A stretch of 64,000 nucleotides of DNA, taken from assembly GCA_963693365.1 (NCBI GenBank), contig CAVNZM010000001.1, forward strand, positions 18,276,783-18,340,782. Direction: 5' to 3'. This document shows, piece by piece, positions 1 through 29,868 of the stretch. Position 1 is the first letter of the stretch; the number at the start of each line of letters is the position of its first letter. The notes under the pieces are model-generated. The model was not told the origin of the DNA. It saw only the letters and a program-made list of their open reading frames with translations, and did no database searches. This DNA is from Amoebidium appalachense (lineage: Eukaryota > Protista > Ichthyosporea). Position numbers and translations under genes: made by a program.

Positions 1-183
1 GATTATGTGAAACACAGAAGTGTAGAAGGAAATATTTGTGTGGGTTGTCTGGAATGCGGAGAAGAAGGCTCGGGGTAGTGGAGGTGGGCCCCAAAAGTAT
101 GCAAGAGATGCTGTGCTGACCTTTCGGTAGAGCTACTTTAACATGGTGAAGCTGCAAGGAGAGGGAGTGTGTGTGTGGGAGAG

Positions 184-214
<31 letters not shown>

Positions 215-304
215 GGCAGGGCGGGTTGGAATCGGGCGGGGTATACACACACCAAGAGAATTCGAAGGGGGCTAATGGAGAGCTGGAGAGTAAAGGGCAG
301 GGGG

Positions 305-369
<65 letters not shown>

Positions 370-430
370 TGTGTGTGTGTGTCCGTTTTTTTTTTTTTTT
401 TTTTTTGGGGGGGGGGGGGGGGGTTGTTAC

Positions 431-15382
<14,952 letters not shown>

Positions 15383-15665
15383 CTGGATAGGTTTAATCAA
15401 CCAATGGTACGATATTATTAATAATATTATTAGAAAAATATATTGTAATATCAATACTACGCAATAGTATACAGTAGAGGTATGATGGGTCTGTTGGTTG
15501 CGTCATGTGGATTGAACTGCCTCACGATACCCAAAACCACACAAAACTCTCTCCGAGTGTCGGGGCCTTGCTTGCACTATTCTCCTCCAGAACCCCACAA
15601 CCCCAAACGTTCGTCTTCAAAATTCATCCCCACCCCCAAAACCCAACCCAAGGACGGAAAATCCT

Positions 15666-15702
<37 letters not shown>

Positions 15703-15878
15703 ACGTTACCCAGGTGCACGCAGAGACGGCGATGCCGAATAGGACTCCATTAAGCAACCCTGCTAGGCTCCACACCCCGCCCCTACCGCCCCACAAACAA
15801 ACAAATGCACAGAGATACAGATAAAGAAACAAAACAAATAACAAACTGCCCCCCTTCCTCCCCACTCCCCCATCCGGT

Positions 15879-15909
<31 letters not shown>

Positions 15910-15971
15910 AAAAAAGAAAAGAATAGAAAAGGAAAGGTAAAGACTCCTAATTCTTACCGCACAAGCTGAAC

Positions 15972-16003
<32 letters not shown>

Positions 16004-17378
16004 ACCACCACCACCACCCCCCTCCCCCCTCCCCCCCCCCCCCCTCCCCCTCTCTCCCCTCCCCCACATCCCCCCAATATCATCACCACCGACACCAACA
16101 CCAACACGTAACCAGTTTTTAAAAAAAAAAAACGACACGTCTAAATTATGATTATACTACATAAACTCTTCAAAAATCAAAATATACTGCACAAGCTATT
16201 CAGGTAAATAAATACACCGCGACACGCGCGTGTTCGTTTGCCAATGGGGATACACACTGTAAGTTCGAACTTCACCCCTTCACCTATGAGCTCCACAAGG
16301 TATTGTCACGATGTGCACATCCACAAATTTGCCGCCAAATAAACCAGACATCCATCGAGTCGATACATAACTTGCATTCCCATAAATATGGCGGTGTCGG
16401 CACAGTAGGTCAATGAAAAACCAAAAAATCATTCATACCATGTCTAGTGATGTTGTCCACCCTCTCGCCATCCTTCTCCTCTGCTGTGCGCACGGCCTCT
16501 GCTGCGCGCTGCCGCGCCATCTGCTCCCTTATGGCCGCACTTTGCTTGCGATCACGTTTACGCCTGTCTCTGCGCGCCATTATTGCTTCTTTTGCTGTTG
16601 CTGTGTACTGGTGTTTTTAACAGCTTAGAAGCTCGGTTGTGTGCGGTATATATGTGCTGGGCTATATTGGAGGCAATAATACATTCATGTTCTGAAAAAG
16701 AAAGGGGGTGGAATGTTAAGCAAAGTTGGGACATGAATCACAAAAATGGGAATGATACGCGCGCACACGTAGAGACGCTGTGTCTTTTCAGGACGTTCGA
16801 ACTACTGTTTTCGGTCAACGACATCATATGCATATCGTAGCCTACGTAGCGCTTTATTTATCGCGTGCCAAAGGCTACTTGACAACTGTGTTACTTGCTC
16901 ACACCGTTCTTGTTTTTGACAGCGCCATACCGACTTCGTGTTCGTGTCAGCTGCTTAGCTGGCCATGTGCCGTCCGTGATCCTAAGCCAATCCAATGTCT
17001 AATAAAGCTGATAAAGCGAAAATCAAATAGATAAGTCACTCACAACATGTGTATTTGAGCCAAATATAGCTAAGAGCTTTGTGTACATTTCCATTCGCGT
17101 TGATCATGACTCATGAGGGAAAGTTGTGGAAACGAAAGCTTGATATTGATGGAAGGGTAACCGTATGGTTTTTCGCCATGACGGTGAACTTTCTACAGCA
17201 GTGTACATGGGTGTGTCATTAATACAAGCCCGTGTCGATTTTGGATCACTTCATGTGCGAGAGGGGCAGAGAAAGAAGGTGCTCCCCTCCCTCCCCCCCC
17301 ACCCATCCACCCTGCCCCCCTTCCTAACCCCTCCGGGGGGGGAGGGGAGGGGGGAGGGGGAGGGGGGAGGGGGGGGGG

Positions 17379-17417
<39 letters not shown>

Positions 17418-17771
17418 GGGGGGGGGGGGGGGGGGGGGGGGGGTGATATTTGGGGGAGAGAGATAGGGAGGATATTAGGGTAAAGGGAGAGATAGGGAGG
17501 GGAGGAGGGAGGGAAAAAGGGAAGTGGAGGGAGACAGGGAGCTAGCTATATAAAGATATATATAATATATATACACATACATATATATATATATATATAT
17601 TAAGAGAGAGAGAGAGCGAGAGAGAGAGAGAGAGAGAGGGAGGGAGGGAGGGAGGGAGAGAGAGAAAAGAGAGAGAAAGAGAGAGGGGGGAGGGGAGGCA
17701 GGGAGAGAGAGAGGGGGGGGGGGGGGGGGGGGGAAGAGAGAAAAGAGAGAGAACGAGAAAGGGGGGGGGGG

Positions 17772-17851
<80 letters not shown>

Positions 17852-18429
17852 GGCAGAGGTGGAGAGAGAGTGTGAGAGATAGACTCTGAGAGAGAGAGAG
17901 AGAGGGAAAGGGTGGGTGGGTGGGTGGGTGGGTGGGTGGGTGGGAGGGGAGGGGAGGGGAGGGGGGTGGGGGGAGGGGGGTGGGGGAGGAGGGAGGGGAG
18001 GAGGGAGGGAGGGGGGAGGGGGGATGTTTGTGCCTTATTATATCTGCGCTGTGGCTGCACTGAGTGGTGGTCAAAAGAAAACTTCTAGGATATCGTGCTA
18101 CATTACCAGTATAGACCCCAGTCCAGATACGTCTGCTTGCATGTATGCAATATTGATTGTGCGGCACTGGTGGCCGATAGATCCTAGACTTCCACTGAGG
18201 TGTAGAGAAAACGTTAACCCCATATGGCGAGGCTGCGCCTCGCTGGGCAAACGTGATAAAATAAAAAAATAAAATATAAAATAAAAAGGGGGAGGGGGGG
18301 AGGAGGGGAGGGAGGGAGGGAGGGAGAGCGAGAGGAGGGAGGGGGGGAGGGGGGAAGGATGGAGGGAGGGAGGGAGGGACTGGTGTTAAGAAAGGAGTAT
18401 GGGAGAGAGAGAGAGAAAAGCTTGGATAG

Positions 18430-18546
18430 AAAAAAAAATGGCTCGGGGTTTCTCGGATTCGAACGTCTCCCTAATCGGGCCCAATCGCGTCAGCATGATT
18501 TACCCGAGGCTCATCTGAGGTGTCGATTGTGCTCCGAGCTCATCAT
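18430..18546 (-). ncRNA. Candidate Pol III small RNA or tRNA-derived SINE fragment
   Basis: The minus strand has a B-box-like GTTCGAATCC (18464-18455), a possible closing stem GCTCGG...CCGAGC, then CA and a T-run. No clear A box or cloverleaf. Confidence 0.25.
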
Positions 18547-18770
18547 TCTCCATCTAAGACCTACTAATTATGCATATGGCCAATGCCCATCTTTCAGTCT
18601 TTCCTTTCGACGTTGTGCTCCAGCCCCAACATCATTTAGGTAAGTTCTTCCCGAGAACAAAGTTTTTGCTTGGTGGTGGTGCTCCGAATCTTGCACTTAC
18701 AGAATGTGAGCATAAAATATACGTATAATCGTGTACAGCTTTATAGTTGTGTGCATATTACGGTGCCACG

Positions 18771-18825
<55 letters not shown>

Positions 18826-19434
18826 CGTGCGGTGTGCGTATGTGTGTGCAGCAGCATTATGAGCGTGCCGATGTGCTTGCATGTGAAATGTGCACTTCGT
18901 GTGTCCGTGCACGTGTTGTATGTATTAAGGCTCAAGTCAGTTTGTCCGTCTGCTTAAGTGTGTTGGTCTGCTTGCTTGCGCTGGTGGTTGTGCTTAAAGC
19001 TTTATGCTTACTTGTGCTTGTGCGTCACGGTGAATGCTCAGAATAATCCAATATGCATGTGCATGAGCACCTGTACTGATGTCTCACGAGTCACACAAAT
19101 TGCATATGGTTGTGCAGAGCAAGCAGAAGATAAGTTTTTACTAAATGATGTATTTATTAAGTTGTGTATTCGTGATGGAACGTGCACAGTGACTGCAAGC
19201 TACCACGTGCACTCATGCCCCCCCCTCCTCCTCCCTCCTCCCCCCCCTCTCCCCTCCCCCGGACAACCTCTGACCGCCCCTCACGTTGCGCCAAGGGAAT
19301 AACTCTGGGGAGGGTGGTGTCCGTGGTGACCGAGATGCTCTCTCTCTATTTTTTTTTAGACAGATCCCATTCTGAAGGGTGAGTGAAATTCATCCACGGT
19401 ACCCTGAGTTTTGTCCCATTAATAGAAGGGAGGG

Positions 19435-19496
<62 letters not shown>

Positions 19497-19771
19497 TTGG
19501 TCACACAAATACGTGGTACTTTCAGCTCAACAAAGGAGATGTCAATTAAAAATTGGAGACAGCCCAGCCCCGGCCAACACAGTTGACATCTTGTTATTTT
19601 TGTCTAGAGACATTCTTTACATATGCAGTCCATGAGGGAGAATTAACAATACCGAAATGTTCGCCTCGTGTTGTTTAGAACCCGCATTATCAATAAAGGC
19701 TTCTCATAGGTTAAATCACTAGGCTATGGCTGTGTTTCATAATTGTGGGGTTTCTACACCATTAAACCTCC

Positions 19772-22931
<3,160 letters not shown>

Positions 22932-22993
22932 TGTGCGGGTCCGTGAGGCTGTGTAGGCTACGTACGCACTACATGAAAATAGCCCACAAGTGC

Positions 22994-23001
22994 CTTTATA
23001 A
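22994..23001 (-). promoter_or_regulatory. Putative TATA box of the S28 peptidase gene
   Basis: TATAAAG on the minus strand about 65 nt upstream of the ATG at 22931. Confidence 0.4.
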
Positions 23002-24299
23002 GGCCCAGCTAAAATAGGCGGGTGCATGTGAGCATTGGCTCTGCAGTCATGAGCTCCGAATCCGGACCGGCGGCAGTTACGTATACGGCGGCATGCGCAA
23101 CGCCAAGAATGAATTTGAGCGTAAACAAAGATAGAGCCTCAGCCGAATTCACGAGAAATGATTACTTTTTTGCAGGCTTCATGCAATTTTACACACGCGT
23201 TCTATTGCGTGCGCTCTAGTATAATGTGTACATGCCTTATATTGTTTTTGGCTGGACCCACCCGCAGCGCTTCTGCACTGAGGTTGTAGTAGATCTAAGC
23301 GGCTAAGCCAATTATATAGGCGAATTATAATTCGCTGCACGGATCTTACTTGAAGTTACTTCGCCGGATCGAATCTTTTTCTGACCAATAGCAGCGGGGG
23401 TTTCAACGGCTTTTAAAGTTTTCCCGTGTCATTTTGGCCAGGCACTTCTCTGGTCTATTAGATCCAATACGCATATACAATACCTACTGGTAAAGCTACA
23501 TGCACATGTAACATGTAACATGTACATGACACCGAAATAGGGTGTGTACAAGGGTCTATTTTGATTAAATTTAATCAATGGCGTGATGGGGGGAAAAGCA
23601 AACCAGGCCACGCGTTCAACGCGTTCGCACTACGCATGTATGTGGAGTCAGATCTCCGATGTAGATCCAGAAAGATTACTTACGTGACCGTTATCCAATC
23701 ATACGTGTTTAAAAATCAGAAAAATGGCCCAATGGGCAAGCCCGCACGTGCACATGAGTCCTTTTGAGGTGTTTCACGAGGGTTCCTTCTGTTACTTTTT
23801 TTTCCGTGTATGTAAATCACTTCAAATTTTATCGAAAGGTTGATAGGAACGCTGGCGATGAGACAAAAATGGGTAAATAAAGGTTTAGAAAATTTCATGT
23901 ATGTATGGGTTGCAGTTTTACCGTGCATGGGTTGAGTTTTACCGTGCATACATAATGTGCGAATCGTCCATAAGTTGTTCATGAGATCAAACGTCCTACT
24001 GTTTTCGAGGTAAAACGGCGTCACCGTAGCCCCCACGAGGTGTAAAATCTTCGGAAGCTGCTTTTCCCGAGAATACACCAACATAAATGATGCGTCGGGG
24101 GGATTTTTTTTTAGCACTAGTCGTACAGTAGTAGGGCTACGTAGTACGCGTACGTATGATCAATATAATATGCATCAACTTCGCCATGGTCATAACTGCA
24201 GTATATCATAACATGATTGCTAACTATAATAAGTTTTGAGATTCTGCTTTCGAAATAGGTACTCTGAGTGGCTGGATACCGTATTGATATTACGTATTA

Positions 24300-25070
<771 letters not shown>

Positions 25071-25149
25071 GTGATAGATGTCGAAGAAGTACCAACTACT
25101 TTTAGAAGATCATATGGTTCTTAGGATGTCAATTGGTATGAGTACTACG

Positions 25150-25950
25150 GTATACGTAAAAATAGTATCAAGGTTTAATGAAGGAGAAATTGGATAGGCT
25201 TTAGTAATATGAATTAATTAACTAATAATTAAAAGCAAATTTATACGTCTAAAGTGTATTAATCTAAATCCATCGTAATATTGTGAATGATTGTAATCAA
25301 TCTAACCTGTTGTTTAGATTTTTATATTTATTAATAACAGTATCATAATATTATTTTATATTCCTTTATTTTTAATATTCATAAATTATCTTTATTTCTA
25401 ATATTATTATCTAAATTTTTAATTGTATCAAGCTGTAAAGTTATATTTCATAAATTTTCATTTCTATTTTCATATTTAATATTAAATCTTTAATACCAAT
25501 TAAAGACTTATCTTGATTAATTGGTTCTATTTGTTTTTCTATTTTAATAATGACACTCATGTCTTTTATTTTTCTTTTAATTATAATCTCATCCACACTA
25601 TACCCTTGTGCTTCCATTGTTCTTTCTATACATTCTCTAATTAACATATCTACATATAAAAACATCCCATATTCTATTTCAGGGTACTTTCATCCCACTG
25701 TATAATTCCTTTGTGTAATTAATTTATTTTTATTTATATTTATTCTATTCATCTTTTTTCTTTCCTACTATTGAATGATTAAATTCCACTCCTATAATAA
25801 CATTGAATGATTTAATTCCATATCTTTATTCTTCATTAAAGCACTATTATCATAGTACTAGATTTCTTACTCTACTTAATAAATAAGTTAATTACATATT
25901 TAATAATTTATTAATTTGATTAATGATCTGTTAAAATTCCATAGAAAATG
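25150..25950 (-). pseudogene. AT-rich insertion, probable nuclear copy of mitochondrial DNA (rps3-like N-terminus)
   Basis: Abruptly AT-rich. Reading TGA (25692-25690) as Trp opens a frame 25752-25441: MNRININKNKLITQRNYTVGWKYPEIEYGMFLYVDMLIRECIERTMEAQGYSVDEIIIKRKIKDMSVIIKI. This resembles the S3 N-terminal pattern W...Y..LL..D..IR..I...I.I.R. In-frame stops follow. Confidence 0.6.
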
Positions 25951-26497
25951 AATTGTGGCTTGACCATGTGCAAAAGAGAGATTCGGGGGGCCGGCCGTAC
26001 TCTACTATCTATAGTCCCCCTGTGCTCTGGTCGTGCTTACTAATTTTTTTTGGTATGTATCCTAATTGGGCGCCACGAGGCCCAAAAATGATACTACGTA
26101 GAACTTGGAGCTGTAAGAACCTCTGGGGCCTCACACGTACTGACGGTGTGCACGCGCTGCGATGAACTTTACGTTCGCTGCAGGCGGGCGATTTTTCCTT
26201 ACACTCACGCGACCGCGTGCATGCTTTCTGTCGTGGCGCCTTGACGGTTCGATAGAGTCCAGTGTTCGCTGGATGTGTAAGGAAAAATAAGGAGCCATCT
26301 CAGTAGGGGTTTACGCTGTTTACTCGAGGCAAAGAGAACCAGTCTCAGGTATGGGGGGGGTTTTGCTCGGAATATCCCCTCAGCGGTATATCATGATCAC
26401 GTACATAGATGTCGGGTGGTGACTATATATCAGGGTTTACTTTCTCTACGAGACACCATAAAGACTACAAGGAGAAATCAATTAGTTGGGGTTCCCC

Positions 26498-26537
<40 letters not shown>

Positions 26538-26598
26538 TTTTAATTTTAATTTTAATTTTTTTAAAGGGGCTTCCCTCGGGACACTCGGTATCAGCTGG

Positions 26599-26659
<61 letters not shown>

Positions 26660-26673
26660 TGTGTGTGTGTGCG

Positions 26674-29600
26674 CTATAATTTTGTAGTGATGTGTTTCTC
26701 AAGCCAATCAATACATCTAATAAACAGGTCGTAGTTACGCGTGTTTAGTATAAAATCAAGGATGTTGTAATTTACAGGTAGGCTATCTTTCTGGGTGTCT
26801 GTTGTGAATGTGACGTGTGTGTGTTGCGGTATTATGTGGTCTATCAAACTACATTTGGCGATACATGACCGGTTAAACTGGTGTGTGTGTGTGTTGTTTG
26901 GGCATGCAAATGATGCCACCTTATACTTATTAGATCTCCACTGTATAGCACGTGTACAGTAAAAGCGTGGTAATTGATCAATAATACCATCAGCTAGAGA
27001 AAGACCAGTTCTACAGGAAGGTAATATGTATTTAGGTGTTATACACTTGCGAGTGCCATATTTGGCAATATGGTTGAGGCGGTCAGTATATATAAAACGA
27101 GACATAAGGCTTAGTTTTTCAAGGTGTATGCTTTCATCGGGTCTAGTGTCGTGTGGTATCTTTTTCCATTTGTTATATTGCGTGATTATCTTGTGATTGT
27201 GTACATGTTTAATAAGTAAGTGGCAGTCCAAAGTCACACACACACTATTGCGGGGTTTATTTGTATTTGTGCCCAGGGGAGAAGGGGAGAGAGAGGGGAG
27301 GAAAGAGGGGGGAGGTGAGGAGGGGACAGGTCGGATAGAGAAGAGAGGGTGGGAGGGCAAATACTTCTTTAAGCGGCTTATGTGCTTATTGAATTTCAGC
27401 GCGAGATAGGATACTCTAGCAGCTATTGGGACCAGACCATATATCGAGAGCGTTACAGGCCCAGGTTTACAACAGTTGTTAGATAGAAAGGAGGCAACTT
27501 CTGCTTCAAGGAAATTTGCCAAGGGTTTAAGCGCTCTAGTTCTCTCTTTCTTGATCCAAGCGGCGAGAAGGGGTAAACCATATTCACATGCCGGGAAGAC
27601 AAAAGTGCGAATAAATGTAAGTCTAATAGAAGGATGGAGGGGTGTGTCTTTAAAAATATTAGCCGAGAAGAAAGCTAACCGCTTACGAGCCAACTCTACC
27701 CTCTTTTCGACCATATGGGGAAACATAACACCAACAGAATCAACCGGAACACCAAGATATTTGTATTCTGGAACTATAGGTACAGGTTTAGATGATAATG
27801 TAAATGTGTGTAAATTGTTAGCTATATCAGGTACAAGAACACCACATTTGTCTATGTTAAGGATCATAAGGTTTGCCTTGCACCACTCTGACACTACATC
27901 GAACAATCTTTGCAGGCGTCTAGGGGTACGGGCAAGGAGGGACAGATCATCAGCATAGAGAAGTGCAGGCGGAAAGTTATTAATAGGGTCATCGTTTTCG
28001 GCGTAAATCTTGACAGCCAAATCATCTATAAATAGGTTAAACAAAAAGGGGCTAAGCAATGAACCCTGCAAGAGACCTCTAGTACGAGCAAAACCATATG
28101 AAAGATGCCCATTAACCACAGCTCTACCATAGGTTTGAGACAAGAGTGCTTCTAACAGAACACCAATGCAGTGTGGTACACCCCGTGCAGCAAGCTTTTC
28201 CCATAGGAGACCAGGGGAGACAGAATCGTAAGCAGTTTTCCAATCAATAAAGCCAACATATTGTGCACCAACTTGCATAGAATCGTGCAGTGCCATTATT
28301 TGAACATAACATGAATTGTTTTTACGAAAAGCGGATTGGCATGGGTGTATGTGAAGAATAGATTGAAACCTAGGGTGGTGTGCAAATAACCTAAGTAAGC
28401 AAGCTTCAAAGAATCTACGAACAACCTGGGTTAGTGTAATGGGGCGAAAGGATGATATGGGGCCCTCAGAGTCCTTCTTAACTATGGGGATCACTAAGGT
28501 ATCTAACCAAGATGACGGGACATGTCCACATTTAACACACCAAGAAAAGAGAGAGCTTAACATGATAGTAAGATCAGGTTTAATAGCACGATCACTTTCC
28601 TTTTGTGGGTAGGAGGGAACAAGGATTTTAAGAAACCCAGCAGGGAGTCCATCAGGTCCACAAGACTTACTAGAGCTATAACTAGATATCACAGACCATA
28701 TGGCATCGGGGCTGAAAAAGGGGAGGATCGATTCTATGGGGATAGATGGGTCTACAGGCCACACAATAGGTTTCTGAGCGGGGGTCCTATCTTTAAACAG
28801 TTCCGAGAAATACTTATCAGAGTCTATGAGGGGGTCTCCAGTGGTATCACCAATAATACGAGCAGGGGGGCCAAATCGATTCATACTAGCAAGCCGGCGC
28901 AAGCTTTCCTTTTGAGACAGGGGTTCACCTAGTCTAGCGGGAGTGGTGTTTGGTAACAAGAGAGCATCGGGATATTCCTTCCTACCACCGCCAGCATAAT
29001 CACCGAGATCTATCAAATCATCAACAATAAAGTTAGTGCATGTATCTAGTACGAGATGTGAATCTGGCCTGGCTTGTGCAGATTCTAATAGGCGCATATA
29101 TATAGGGTGTTTCGTAGCATAGCATACACATACATCAACTCTACCCCACTGTGACTTAAGCTGGGATAGACGGAGGCGAAAGGTGGGAGGAGGAGGGGGG
29201 AGCAGATCAAGGGAGATCTTAGGTAGGAAAAGGATAGGAGAGTGGTCAGATGACCTAGAGAGGTTAGGAGGGAGAGAGAGTTTTGACATGGTTGATGGCC
29301 AAAAGGCCACTCCCCAGTCGGTGTTGTGGGCATGGGATATTTGAGGGAACCGCAAAGTGTGACTTTGGACATACCTTGCTAAAGGGATAGCACGCTCCGG
29401 GGGCTTAGATGGGTACCCGACACTCACTTGCAGTGTGTCTGTGTGGTGGAGTCGCGTGTTAAAATCACCTAAAATAACAGTGGACATTGGTAACTGTGAC
29501 AACTCGTGAGTCAATTCGACAACCGACATAGATGGTGGGTAATATACAAAAGTAAAAACATTAGAAAGAAACTCTATAGAAACCGAGAATTCCGTTTTTG

Positions 29601-29868
29601 CTACCGGTTTGCACTTCACTCTCACGTGTGGTGTGGCAAGTACAATAATGCCGCGGTTTTTCGCGTAACCGGGGTGTGTGGATGTGTCGACCAATGTAGA
29701 GTTGAATTTGTTGTGGTTTTTAAACTGTGTTTCGCAAATCACTGTAAACGTGTGGTTGTTTGTCTGTTGTTGTATGTAGCTGATTTTATCGTCGAGTGTC
29801 CCGGGGGGGAGGCCCTTTTGGGGGCCCAGTGTCCGAGCATTCCAGAAGAAGAAGGATAAATTAGGCAT
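26674..29868 (-). CDS. LINE ORF2: apurinic-type endonuclease + reverse transcriptase + C-terminal Cys/His region
   Basis: 1064 aa. APE motifs FWNA, ICET, GDFN, SDH. RT motifs GPDG, FRPITL, FIDWKTAYDSV, RGLLQGSLLSPFLFN, YADD, YKYLG. Confidence 0.95.
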   Translation of the reverse strand: MPNLSFFFWNARTLGPQKGLPPGTLDDKISYIQQQTNNHTFTVICETQFKNHNKFNSTLVDTSTHPGYAKNRGIIVLATPHVRVKCKPVAKTEFSVSIEFLSNVFTFVYYPPSMSVVELTHELSQLPMSTVILGDFNTRLHHTDTLQVSVGYPSKPPERAIPLARYVQSHTLRFPQISHAHNTDWGVAFWPSTMSKLSLPPNLSRSSDHSPILFLPKISLDLLPPPPPTFRLRLSQLKSQWGRVDVCVCYATKHPIYMRLLESAQARPDSHLVLDTCTNFIVDDLIDLGDYAGGGRKEYPDALLLPNTTPARLGEPLSQKESLRRLASMNRFGPPARIIGDTTGDPLIDSDKYFSELFKDRTPAQKPIVWPVDPSIPIESILPFFSPDAIWSVISSYSSSKSCGPDGLPAGFLKILVPSYPQKESDRAIKPDLTIMLSSLFSWCVKCGHVPSSWLDTLVIPIVKKDSEGPISSFRPITLTQVVRRFFEACLLRLFAHHPRFQSILHIHPCQSAFRKNNSCYVQIMALHDSMQVGAQYVGFIDWKTAYDSVSPGLLWEKLAARGVPHCIGVLLEALLSQTYGRAVVNGHLSYGFARTRGLLQGSLLSPFLFNLFIDDLAVKIYAENDDPINNFPPALLYADDLSLLARTPRRLQRLFDVVSEWCKANLMILNIDKCGVLVPDIANNLHTFTLSSKPVPIVPEYKYLGVPVDSVGVMFPHMVEKRVELARKRLAFFSANIFKDTPLHPSIRLTFIRTFVFPACEYGLPLLAAWIKKERTRALKPLANFLEAEVASFLSNNCCKPGPVTLSIYGLVPIAARVSYLALKFNKHISRLKKYLPSHPLFSIRPVPSSPPPSFLPSLSPSPLGTNTNKPRNSVCVTLDCHLLIKHVHNHKIITQYNKWKKIPHDTRPDESIHLEKLSLMSRFIYTDRLNHIAKYGTRKCITPKYILPSCRTGLSLADGIIDQLPRFYCTRAIQWRSNKYKVASFACPNNTHTHQFNRSCIAKCSLIDHIIPQHTHVTFTTDTQKDSLPVNYNILDFILNTRNYDLFIRCIDWLEKHITTKL

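Noticed and set aside
121-151. Next RdRP micro-exon (LHHVKVALPK)
   Set aside because: It has AG/GT boundaries but no clear similarity to the expected RdRP continuation; it cannot be confirmed at the window edge.
15710-15750. RdRP first coding exon MESYSASPSLRAP
   Set aside because: Its phase-2 donor would create TGA when joined to exon 15382. It may be a UTR exon or need another exon; unresolved.
23520-24121. Helitron-like element ending in CTAG|T
   Set aside because: No convincing subterminal hairpin or 5' TC boundary; only a short internal direct repeat.
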